From Antedon mediterranea (lineage: Eukaryota > Animalia > Echinodermata): a DNA stretch of 64,000 nucleotides. Of this stretch, positions 26,000 through 36,549 are shown piece by piece. A program made the translations under genes and the position numbers. The stretch spans positions 5,766,001-5,830,000 of the forward strand of contig NC_092673.1 in NCBI RefSeq assembly GCF_964355755.1. The letters are read 5' to 3'. Position 1 is the stretch's first letter. Every line of letters starts with the position of its first letter. Under the pieces are notes generated by a model. It was not told the DNA's origin and made no database searches. It was given only the letters and a program-made list of their open reading frames with translations.

Positions 26000-27345
26000 G
26001 GGCATGTTAAAGTTGGAAAACGGGGTACCAATTAAATATTTCACTTTATCAATGCAAGAATTTATTATATATTTATTCAACTCCATTTTTTTAATTAATA
26101 TCGGAGAAAAACTAAATAATAAATTTAGGCATGAAGATCAAAATGATCAAAACACTTAACACAAAACTTTCTTAAAAGGAAATTTTACCTCTTGAATGTT
26201 TCGTAAACTTAACCACTATATTAAAAACACAAAGAATACTGCTCCTGGCCATGATGGTATAAGAGCCCAACTCATCATTATTGTATATTATTAATAAGTT
26301 ATTATCATTGGGCTGTGTCCCAACTGACTGACTGAAAAATTACTAAAGTTATCCCGGTATTTAAGAATGGTGACATATCAGATATAAATAATTATAGGCC
26401 TATTTCAATTTTACCCCTTTTTTTCCAAAATATTTGAAAATGATTTGTTACCTCTCAAAATATAACATACTGAGTAAAACACATTATGGGTTTAGACAAT
26501 TCCATTTAACTAGTCATTAATACAATTGATTAAAAGAATCACAAACACTATTGAGAATAAAGAGTTCACACCAGGTGTTTTCCTTGATTTATCAAAAGCG
26601 TTTGATACAATAGATCATGATTATTAGATAAGTTAAGATTTTATGGTCTAAGGGCGTGTTTATACAACACGCTATTACACGCATATTCAACACGCCTACA
26701 AGAAGTGTGTTTTATAACATCGAAGAGATTCCGTGTAATGAGATATTAATTGCAAAAAAGGCTACTTGGCTGAATCCTAAAATTTTGTGGATTCCCGGTT
26801 GCTGTTGGCGTGTTGGAAGTGTCCTCAGGGTTATTGTTTTAACCTCTCGTTAAATAAAAGTATGTGCTGTAAAACTGTTGACCACTAGAACATAATTGTG
26901 CTTTTAGCACTCAATATTAACGCTAATCAAATGTTGGCATAATTTGGCAAAATGTAGCATAGTTTTATCCTAATTCTAAAACAATTTTTTTTTTATAATT
27001 TCAAAAGCAGATTTAAGAAATCAATAACTGAATAAACTAAATTTTTAACGAAATCATCCTTTATTAAAATACTTAATAAACTCATATATATTAATTCATA
27101 ATGCATGCAAGTATATATACAACTCAGGATTATGAACTACGGTATAACATGGTATTACAATTTAATGTATAACTGCAAGGTTTTTGTGGGGTTGACCTCG
27201 GCCCGTGTAACACGCTAAAAATTAAAGACGTGTTTAAATTTAGGGTGTTGTATAAACACAGCCTTAGAGGAGTTCCGCTAAACTGGTTCTCTATTACTCT
27301 CTCGCTCTACTATCTTAAAAAAAGACTACAATACACAACACTACA
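26000..27345 (+). mobile_element. Highly degraded CR1/L2-like LINE reverse transcriptase fragment
   Basis: Translatable remnants KVIPVFKNGD...NYRPISILP, GVFLDLSKAFDTIDH and FYGL|RGVPLNWF, the last split by a MITE. Confidence 0.75.
26652..27263. mobile_element. PIF/Harbinger-type MITE inserted in the LINE fragment
   Basis: TIRs GGGCGTGTTTATACAACAC / GTGTTGTATAAACACAGCC flanked by TAA and TTA. Removing it plus 3 bp restores YGLRGVPLNWF. Confidence 0.75.
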
Positions 27346-27626
27346 GAATAAACACCTTAACTCCTGTTGTACAATTTTATGATTGGAAAAAAGCTAATGA
27401 TATCAAAAACTATGCAGGCTGATGTTCAAATTAATTATGCAATTATAGAAAAGCAAATGACATTTTTAGAGACGAAATTTTACTTAATTAATCAAACTGT
27501 ATTAACTATACAACCATATTAGTACAAACAACAATGATATAGAATGTATTTAAATCAATAAACAAAGCTTTAAGATACATCATGTGATACAGAACACCTT
27601 AAAGCATGTTGGCACTTTGCATAACA

Positions 27627-28265
27627 AACTAGAAAGCCACTCCGAGAGGGCATACCTCCGCCTACTGTAAAATTCTCCTACATAAGATTTCTCCGGTAAA
27701 AAATATATATATATATATATTTGTGTGTGTCTTAATGCTGTTTGTGATTTAGGCTAATTTCATTACAAGCATGTGTATGCGAGTTTGGTGTAATGGTTAT
27801 GTAACAAGCCTTTCAATTAACAATAGCTTCAGTTGACTAACAATAGAACAGCAACGCGAAAATCAAACGAGTGAATTTGAAAAGAAATAGGTTTTTTAAA
27901 CTACTCGCATCAAAAAACGTGCGCATTAAATCAAATTATGTTTTAAAATTACAAATCACAAATTATAACTCTTGCCTCTTGTTAAAAAATGAAGTTTTTT
28001 GGACAAGTAGTTCTCGAGAAAATGCAATTTCAGTTTACTTGTTTTTTAACACTAGCAGGTCTAAAAAAGTATACTAAAAAGTGGTCCAGAATTGGGACTG
28101 TGGTCCTGAATGGTCCCCAAATTTAATGGAATGGTCCTTGACTACATATCTATCTGTCTATTCATTTTGGTAAAGATCTTGTAATTACTTTTTGAGTAAT
28201 CCTGCTAACAAACAAACAAACAAACACACGCTACCGATTACATATACCTCCTTGACGGAGGTAAA
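27627..28265 (-). mobile_element. Helentron-associated non-autonomous element (HINE)
   Basis: Minus 5' end TTACCTCCGTCAAGGAGGTAT + (GTTT)n microsatellite. 3' end GGCGGAGGTATGCCCTCTCGGAGTGGCTTTCTAGTT (subterminal repeat, stem-loop, CTAG). Confidence 0.8.
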
Positions 28266-31200
28266 TAACACCTTTACTCTTCTTTAATGTAAGCAGTGTT
28301 GAAAGAAAAGCTACTGGTACATACAATAAAGATAATTAGCATAGCATTTACCCTTTCAACTTGTATTTCAATATAGGTATTATGTATGCTATCATTAGAA
28401 TATTTGGAATACAAAGGCTTAATACAAATTGTATATAAAATGTATTGAAAATCAATATACAAAGCATACAAGACTGATTGAGAAAGTCATGTGACACACA
28501 GAACACATTACAAATGCGCGTTGGCATTTTGCATAAACAATAAACATCTAGGTCTATGCACTGCTTTTCCAATGTGAGCACCATTCCATAAGCTATTAGA
28601 GGACAGACAGAAGGGGCTTATTGGTCTTTTATAAGAGAATTTACAAGATATTCTACAATACAATACATACTCTTGAATTAAATATAAGATTCAATAAAAT
28701 GTAAGTTAATCCCATTGTTTCTTAGCAACTTTAAATAGACTGGCTGAGCATAAATGTTAAAAAATCATCCATTAAAAAAGATATTTTAAAGTTATTATTA
28801 TGTTATTTTGTATGTAGGCCTAGAGCTTTTGTATGTAAATAAGCTGTGATAAATAAATATAGATACTTACAGCACAGATACACTAAATGTGAAAAAGGGT
28901 GTTTATAAGTGAATTACTTTAGATCACATACTTTCAATAAGATGCTTCTTTCCTGGTCATATTTTTTGGCAAGCATCAGAAATGTGGTACTAAATGTGCA
29001 CTCCATTGTTTGTTAGCTACAATTATAGAATAATAGAGGGCGTTGAATTGAACGGACGTTCTGTTTTCTTGGACTGAGTTTCTTGTCGTTAAAATGCTAA
29101 AAATGTTGTTGGATTTTTAATTCTGTCATATTTGGATGGTAGAATAAGGTCATCGAATCGAATGCTATAACAGCCATTATATGAATTATGCTTCATGCGA
29201 TTGTGAGTATTTTGACGATTTATAAGTTAGGCCTTTCGCGCTCAAACGATCTATCAACCGGACAACGGTAACCAGGGACGCTATCCGGTTGGTAACGGGC
29301 GATCACAATTTTCGATCTTGCCTGGCTATAATGGATCAATGGCCAATCAGTCGGAAGTAAACCATGAACGGAGAATATCCGCTGATGCTGAAGATACGGT
29401 TCAACAAGTATGTTCTATGTACAAGCAAGTACTTTACAAATAGAAACGATGAATTATAATAATGGAGGGTCAAAACATAAATATTCCATTGAGATGTGTA
29501 TCTTATAACTGTAGATCGTTTGATAGTCGCCAGGAAGAGGTGTATGATTTATGCTGCCAAAATGATATAGTTTGTATCCAGGAACACTGGCTTACAAACA
29601 ATAACCTTGATAAACTTAAATATTTTCATAATGAATTTGATAGCATTGCTGTTTCTGCTGTTGACATGGCGAACTCATTGTTGACTGGTAGACCCTATGG
29701 GGGTGTTGCAATATTGTATAGGAAATCACTCAGCAACATTATAAAATCAATCTCCTTTGATAAATAGCAGGTTAATTGGTATTGAGCTTGGAGTAGATAG
29801 AAATAAGAAATTAATGATCAATACATATCTCCCATACAACTGTGAGGAAAACTTTGTTATGTTTATGGAGTATCTTGGAAAATTAAATTCCATTGTAGAA
29901 GAATTTCCACTTGGAAAAGTAGTTATTCTGAGAGATTTCAATGCTGATCCAAAGAAACGTTTTGGTAAAGAATTAATACAGTTCGCTATTGAATATAATT
30001 TTATCATGTCTGATTATGTAACACTTGGAATTGATTCTGATAATTTTACATATTTGAGTGATGCACACAGTACAACAAGCTGGCTTGATTATGTTGTTAC
30101 ATCATTTGGTGTCCATCAATGTATTTCTAACTTAAGCATTTTATATGATATTATTGGATCAGACCATTTTCCTGTAGCGTTTGAATAATCAGTGCCAGCA
30201 TATAACTTTTCCAACGAAGGCCTATATCCACACTGTAGTATTAACTCTGACTGTTATGTAAAAGTAAACTGGGACAAAGTATCAACAAATGATATCGATA
30301 AATATTGTATGATTACTGACCAACTTTTGAGTAGACTTAATGTAAGTAGTGAAGGTTTTACTTGCTCTCATGACAAATGCTCGAATGAGGAGCATATCAA
30401 TAAAATTGATAAGCTGTACAATGATGTTGTTAAGTGCCTTCAACAAGCATCTGATATTGCCTTCAGTAACTCAAAAAGGGGAAAGAATAATATTAATGCA
30501 CATATCGTTCCTGGATGGAATGACCATGTCTCGGATTTACACAGTATTGCTAGAGAAGCCTTCTTGTTTTGGAACGAGAATGGTAAACTTAGAAATGATC
30601 CATTATATGAAGCAATGAAAACATCTCGCTCTAGATTCAAATTAGCTCTTAGAACTTGTAAAGCTAATGAAAATCAACTCAGAGCAGATTCTATGGCCCA
30701 ATAAGAGATATCTAAAGTTGTGCTCATACCAATTGTGAAATCTAAAACAGGGGATATTACAAGTAAAGACAACTACCGTCCTATTGTGCTTGCATGCGTG
30801 ATGTTTAAAGTGTTTGAGTCTATTTTGATTTATATGTGTGGTGATACACTCGAATCAAATGACCGACAGTATGCGTTTAAAAATGGTCATTCAACTGAAA
30901 CATGTATTTTTATTCTCAAACTATATAATAATATTCATTTTCATTTATTCTTTATATCAAACCAACAGTGTAAAACACCAATAACAGGTTGAAAATAAAA
31001 GCTAAACTATAAAATATGAGCCAATATAAATAATAATTAATAATAATAATAGAAATGGTAGCCCGATTTATGCCTGTTTTTTAGATGCCTCCAAAACATT
31101 TGATCGTATTTATCATTGGACACTGTACAAGAAACTGATTAATAGGGGAACCCTCTTATGTGTAGTTAGAGTTCTTGTGTCTTGGTATACCAATCAAAGG

Positions 31201-32015
31201 TTTCATGTTCGGTGGGGAAAGTCATTGTCTAAAGACTTCATAGTTACCAATGGTGTTAGACAAGGTGGAGTTATGTCTCCTTTACTTTTTAATATTTATA
31301 TGGATGATTTAATTGTCAATCTCAGTATGTCTCGCAATGGATGCGAATTACACGGTATAAAACTAAACAACCTTAGTTACGCAGATGATATGGTACTTAT
31401 TGCACCATCTGCCTCTGCATTACAACATCTAATTCATATGTGTGAAAAATACTCATTAACGCATGATATATTGTGTAACAAGAAAAAATCTGTATGTATG
31501 TTATTCTGTCTTACAGTCAGGAAATTGTCAAAGCTTCCCACTTTAAACTTATTTGATTCGGAACTTGACTTTGTTAGAGTTTTTAATTACTTGGGTCACA
31601 CTTTGACACCCGATTTGAAAGATGATACGGATATCAAACGACAGTACAGGTCATTGTGCATTAGAGCTAATACACTATGTAGAATTTCTCAAAATGCTCT
31701 AAAAACTTTTAATGTAAAATCTATGGAAGCACTAAAGGTGTGCTTCAACAATGCCTTACGCCTGCTCCTTAATAAACCTAGGTCATGCAGTGCCAGCACC
31801 ATGTTTGTAGAAAACCACATCTGCTCGTTTTACGAACTACAACGTAAGGTGGTGTTTGCCATGTTGTGCAGGTTAGGGAGGTCAGACAATATTGTCATAA
31901 AATGTATTCATGAATTTGCTTTTCCTTCATCCAATCTACATAGTAGATGGATGAAGCTATTGTTCTAACCACGTAACTATGTAGCGTAGGTTTTTTTTTT
32001 ATATATCTACATTAC

Positions 32016-32046
<31 letters not shown>

Positions 32047-32082
32047 ATAACAGCAGAAAACTTGGTTACTTCATAGTTTTAA

Positions 32083-32138
32083 TCACTACAAATTTGTTTC
32101 GTACGACCAGTATGTAGCTGGCCGCACTCTTCAGGTGA
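32083..32138 (-). ncRNA. Second hammerhead ribozyme-like motif (inverted copy)
   Basis: Reverse complement of 32484-32539 with stem II GTGCGGCCAG/CTGGTCGTAC, one extra Watson-Crick pair. Confidence 0.65.
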
Positions 32139-32483
32139 AATATAAAACATAAGTGACACAGTTGTCTCATAGTGCTTAATAAAAGTGAGAGTCATCAGGA
32201 AGTCGTATACAATAGCCTATTGTTTTAGATAAACTGTTTGGATCTGCAATAAGAATTGTAATTTATGTATATATGAAAAGTATGTTATTATATGTCAACC
32301 AGAGCTATGCTCAGTGAACCGTAAGAACGAGTTAGTCTCTACTTGTAGACATAGGAAAAAATTCTTACTAAATTGCAGATCCAAACAGTTTATCTAAAAC
32401 AATAGGCTATTGTATACGACTTCCCGATGACTCTCACTTTTATTAAGCACTATGAGACAACTGTGTCACTTATGTTTTATATT

Positions 32484-32539
32484 TCACCTGAAGAGTGTGG
32501 CCAGCTACATACTGGTCGTACGAAACAAATTTGTAGTGA
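32484..32539 (+). ncRNA. Minimal type I hammerhead ribozyme-like motif
   Basis: TCAC-CTGAAGA-GTGTGGCCAG(ctacata)CTGGTCGTAC-GAAA-CAAATTTG-TA-GTGA: core CUGAnGA/GAAA, 10-bp stem II, palindromic stem III, GUA cleavage triplet and 4-bp stem I. Confidence 0.65.
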
Positions 32540-33024
32540 TTAAAACAATGAAGTAACCAAGTTTTCTGCTGTTATTTTATTTATTTATGCTCTACCTTGG
32601 TATTGAGCACTCTATCCAAACGTTCTGAAAATTTCAACCTGAGTATATATATATATATGTATTTGTTATATTTGCAATAATGTACACTAATTTGTTACTG
32701 AACTATGGAGAATTTTTTTTTTCCGAAATAAGAGATGAATGAATGAATGAATGAATGAATTAAAGTATTAATGATTTACATCACTTTTTTTAATAGACTA
32801 TTAAGCAGAATGTTTTAGTAGGCCTATACTGCATACATTCATTTTTAAAGACAGCTAGAATTTATTCTTACATGTATGATGGTTTTAATCAATTGCCAGC
32901 TTCTTGCTAAACAGCTTAATATTTGGTGTGGTCAATGTGGTTTATTTATTTCATCATTATTAATTAATATATTAATAATACACATTACTGTAAAATAATT
33001 TGGTTATGGAACTTTTTTGAATAG

Positions 33025-33328
33025 ATGGCAGAAAACAAAGTTGAAAAAAGGGCCAAAGAACTACACAAAGATCTGTTAGATAGTATCTGTCGGGAACTGA
33101 GGGTAGCTGAAGTAAAAAAATACAAACAGCGTCTTGATGAATATGGTAAATTCAGAGCAGGAGAAATTGAGAAGTTTGCAGATATGTACGAAATTCTCAA
33201 AGCACAAGAGGAGCTGAAAATTTTTTCTGTTGGTCAGTATGGTAAACTCAAAGACCAATTACAAAAACTGAGACGACTTGACCTTGTTACCGAAGTGCAA
33301 AATGTTGAAAAGAAAATGGATAAGATGG
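33025..33328 (+). CDS. Single-DED exon (DED-only protein, about 102 aa if spliced to 33892)
   Basis: TTTTGAATAG|ATG. LLDSICREL...EVKKYK...KLKDQLQKLRRLDLV includes the DED RxDL motif. Donor G|GTAAGA, phase 1. Confidence 0.8.
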
Positions 33329-33891
33329 GTAAGAGACAGATTCAAAATAAAGCTAGCGTGTCATATATGAGGCCATACATAACTATCTTTTAAATTATTG
33401 ATGGTTTTGAATATTCTATTGGCCTCTTATTCAAGCAAGTTTGGTAAACTAATTTGTTCTAGTGCTTGAGTATGAATCCATTATCCCAAAACACAAAATT
33501 TACTTCTACTGAAAATCATATATTTTTAGAATACTGGTAGAACAATGAAATTTAATTAAAAAATTTATTTTTCAAATATGAGAATAACTATATATTTTTG
33601 TTTAGGTTTTAAGGTGTTGGATAAAGATGAAAGTAAATAAGGTAAGGTTGTTTGTAAACAAACTGTTTTTCCAATGCAGTAGTAGTGTAGATAAATTGTA
33701 ACATTGTAAAAGCTATATTTTTTATGTGAATATAAATATGTCAAGTTTATATGCAAAACATTTTACAAATCTCTTTTTACATAGCTTTAGCATGTTTATT
33801 AAAAGAAACTAATCTGGTTATAAAAACCGTGAAACTTCCTCCATTGGTATATCTTTTCAACTTATTTTTAATACAATTTATTTTCATGTAG

Positions 33892-33896
33892 ATTAA
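33892..33896 (+). CDS. Putative terminal exon of the DED-only gene (G|AT TAA = Asp-stop), followed by 3' UTR
   Basis: T-rich acceptor TTTATTTTCATGTAG| at 33891; AATAAA at 34231 and 34351. Confidence 0.45.
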
Positions 33897-34037
33897 AACA
33901 AGGAGAATGTGACAAAATGTGAAATGAGTTCAAAGAGCAAGTTGCCATTGATTCCATGCAAGAAAACTGCCATATTACATGTGAGAAAATCGTGCAAGCA
34001 CTAATGATTTTGTAAACAAAATCACTGAACATTTTTC

Positions 34038-34258
34038 AATTATTATTCGAGGCAATCGAACAAACATACCATGAGAGAAGATCAAGCAAGCCCTAGAACC
34101 TTGGAAAATGAACCAGAAAATTATCATTACCATGTAAGGCAATCAAACAAACATACCATGAGAGAAGATCAAGCAAGCCTGAGAACCTTGTTGGAAAATG
34201 AACCAGACAATTATCATTACCATGTGAGGCAATAAAAAAACATACGATGAGAGAAGAT
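34038..34258. repeat. ~87-90-bp tandem repeat, about 2.5 copies
   Basis: Recurrent GGCAATC.AACAAACATACCATGAGAGAAGATCAAGCAAGCC...GGAAAATGAACCAGA.AATTATCATTACCATG. Confidence 0.8.
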
Positions 34259-35141
34259 AACAAATTTAATTAATTAATTTTTATACTTTAGATTAATATT
34301 AAAATACAAACAATTAACCCGATTATATTCAATTCAATATTCTATTTCAGAATAAAATTTTCGTATATGATTTTCAAAAATTTTTATGTTTTTTCTGTTT
34401 TGTTTTTGTTTTTTTTAATTGGTGGAAAACAATTATGGTATTGTTTGCAAGTGGTTAAAGCATCATATTTCATATTTTGAGCAGAGAGAGCCCTCAAATT
34501 GGATGGATGGATAAGGAACTCATTATATAACATGACTTCTGTCTGTAGTTTTTAGATATAGGCTACAACACAAACATGTATTCATATCAATACTCAATAG
34601 AGTTGTATATTAAACAAGAAACGATTTCATTGTTCTCACTGTTCTTTTTCATAGCTTTTACTTGTACAATTTCAATTTTAAATCTATATAATCAATGGAC
34701 TATATCTATTAATAACTATTGTGAAATTAGCACAATCACATAAAAGCAGCCCTTATTATTAGCACCCTGGAGTTTCCCAATTACAAACTTAGTTTATTCA
34801 GTGATCGTTATATTCAAAGGCATACCATATTGTACCAACAATTGTGGAATGTATTCAATTCACAAATTTAGGTAACTGCAACATCTGAGTATAGTTAAAA
34901 AAGATCAGAATCATAATGTTATAAAATTAATTTAAATAAATGAATTAAATTATTTATAGTGTACATCAAGTGTACATAAATTTGAGTCAACATGGGAAAT
35001 GTTTGAGCTTTTGAATAACACTAACCCTTTATTCATCCCTCAATTAGCAAAAGAAGGAGATGGATTACATCAGCTTACAATAACAACTACAAATTACAAC
35101 ACACAACAACTCTTCAGAATTATAAAATGTTTAATTTAATA

Positions 35142-35248
35142 TAATAAAAAGTTAAAATTTAATAAAAAGTTAAAATTTAATAAAAAGTTAAAATTTAATA
35201 AAAGGTTAAAATTTAATAAAAAGTTAAAATTTAATAAAAAGTTAAAAT
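35142..35248. repeat. 18-bp minisatellite (TAATAAAAAGTTAAAATT) x6
   Basis: Directly visible tandem copies. Confidence 0.9.
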
Positions 35249-35334
35249 GTAATAATAATAATAACAGGCACAAATGACTTTCTTTTATGGTTAGTTTAAT
35301 ATTTATAGGTTGGCAAATGTATAGCAAGAGAGGA

Positions 35335-35586
35335 AACAATGAAGGAAGTCCTTTAATGATTCACTACCCTTGATTTCCTGAATAAAAATGTAGTTACATT
35401 GAACATTACAAAGATATGTGTACATTGCAGTTAACTTACATTATGCAATAGGGGTACGCATTAATTGTCAGTCTTTATTGAAATAAAACTGGTTAAAAGA
35501 AAGAAGATAGATTTGAATAACATCAGACAGAACAGATCACAAGTATAAGAATATTTGCAGTAAACTTTAAAGAAGTAATCTCCAAT
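35335..35586 (+). promoter_or_regulatory. Candidate promoter and non-coding first exon of TRIM-NHL C
   Basis: Homologous to 7225-7498. Donor AAT|GTAAGT at 35586/35587. An in-frame TAA upstream and no in-frame ATG after it. Confidence 0.45.
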
Positions 35587-36549
35587 GTAAGTAAATTACT
35601 TTTATTACAATTTTATATATAGTCTTTTTTTTTTATTGAATATAAAAACGTATCAGGCTATAGGAGCTTTGACTTTGACAAGATCGAGATTTATAAAGTT
35701 TAAACTTACAATATTGTACATACAAGAATAACTGCTCTCTAATCTCTCTTTTTCTTCCTTACATATATATGCTTATAATATAAATTTATTTATAACTAAC
35801 AAATATCATTGTTTTCTATTGATATTTATAATAAGGCGATATTTAAATGTATATACAATTTTCTAATCAATTAGCTAATCCTTTGCATATCAAACTAATC
35901 TAATAGACATACAGTATACAAAAACATTACATTAAACTTTTCATACTATAGTTAAACATCGTATGCTCAATCTCTAATAAAACTTCTATCAACTAAAGCC
36001 GAAGTGTCATGTCCCGGGAGCACTCTTGGATAACTTTTGGGAGCAGGAACGCTAGTAGACCAAACCCAAGTACAGTTTTGTTGTTGATCATTTGAGAAAT
36101 TTCCTAATGGCCCATCACAACATATTGTTTTCTTCTTAGGCCTGTGCTTGAATTTTTCTGCTTTAAAATATTGTTAAAATGATCATGTTACCATCAGAAA
36201 AAATTATTTAGTATCTTATTTTTAAAATGTAAAAGCAATGTGTTAACCTTTTCTTAATTCTAGAAAGAAAATATATAATTTTAACAAATATAAACATATG
36301 TAAAATATAATTGAATTAAAATGAGAGGTGCAGATACTCTTTAAAGAATGTTGTTGTTGCCAAAACAAGGTAGAACCTCAAAATAACTCATTTATTTACC
36401 TATATTTTAAAACTTTTTTAAACTTTTATTTTTTCACCAATAGGGGTATGTTATATGTGGGTTATCCGGTAATGCTCCTTTCTTTTTGGAAAAAAACATA
36501 TTTTCCTCTAAACAGAAAATTTAAAAAAATACTGTATTCTGTTTTACAG

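Larger units (their letters stand above)
32039..32645. mobile_element. Inverted pseudo-LTR remnant of a Penelope-like element inside a (TA)n microsatellite
   Basis: Near-perfect ~210-bp inverted arms (32039-32250 / 32372-32584) flanked by (TA)n at 32016-32040 and 32644-32657. Each arm carries a hammerhead core. Confidence 0.7.
29036..32759 (+). mobile_element. Degraded non-LTR retrotransposon with AP endonuclease and RT (RTE-X-like), (GAAT)n tail
   Basis: SYNCRS, QEHWL, GRPYGGVAIL, DFNAD and SDHFP (APE); NYRPI, QGGVMSPLLFNIYMDDL and YADD (RT). Split by stops, frameshifts and deletions. Tail at 32737-32760. The 5' boundary is approximate. Confidence 0.88.

Noticed and set aside
36328-36549. 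74-aa N-terminal extension of the 805-aa ORF
   Set aside because: It is AT-rich intron-like sequence ending in TTTTACAG, and all paralogs start at the ATG right after this acceptor.
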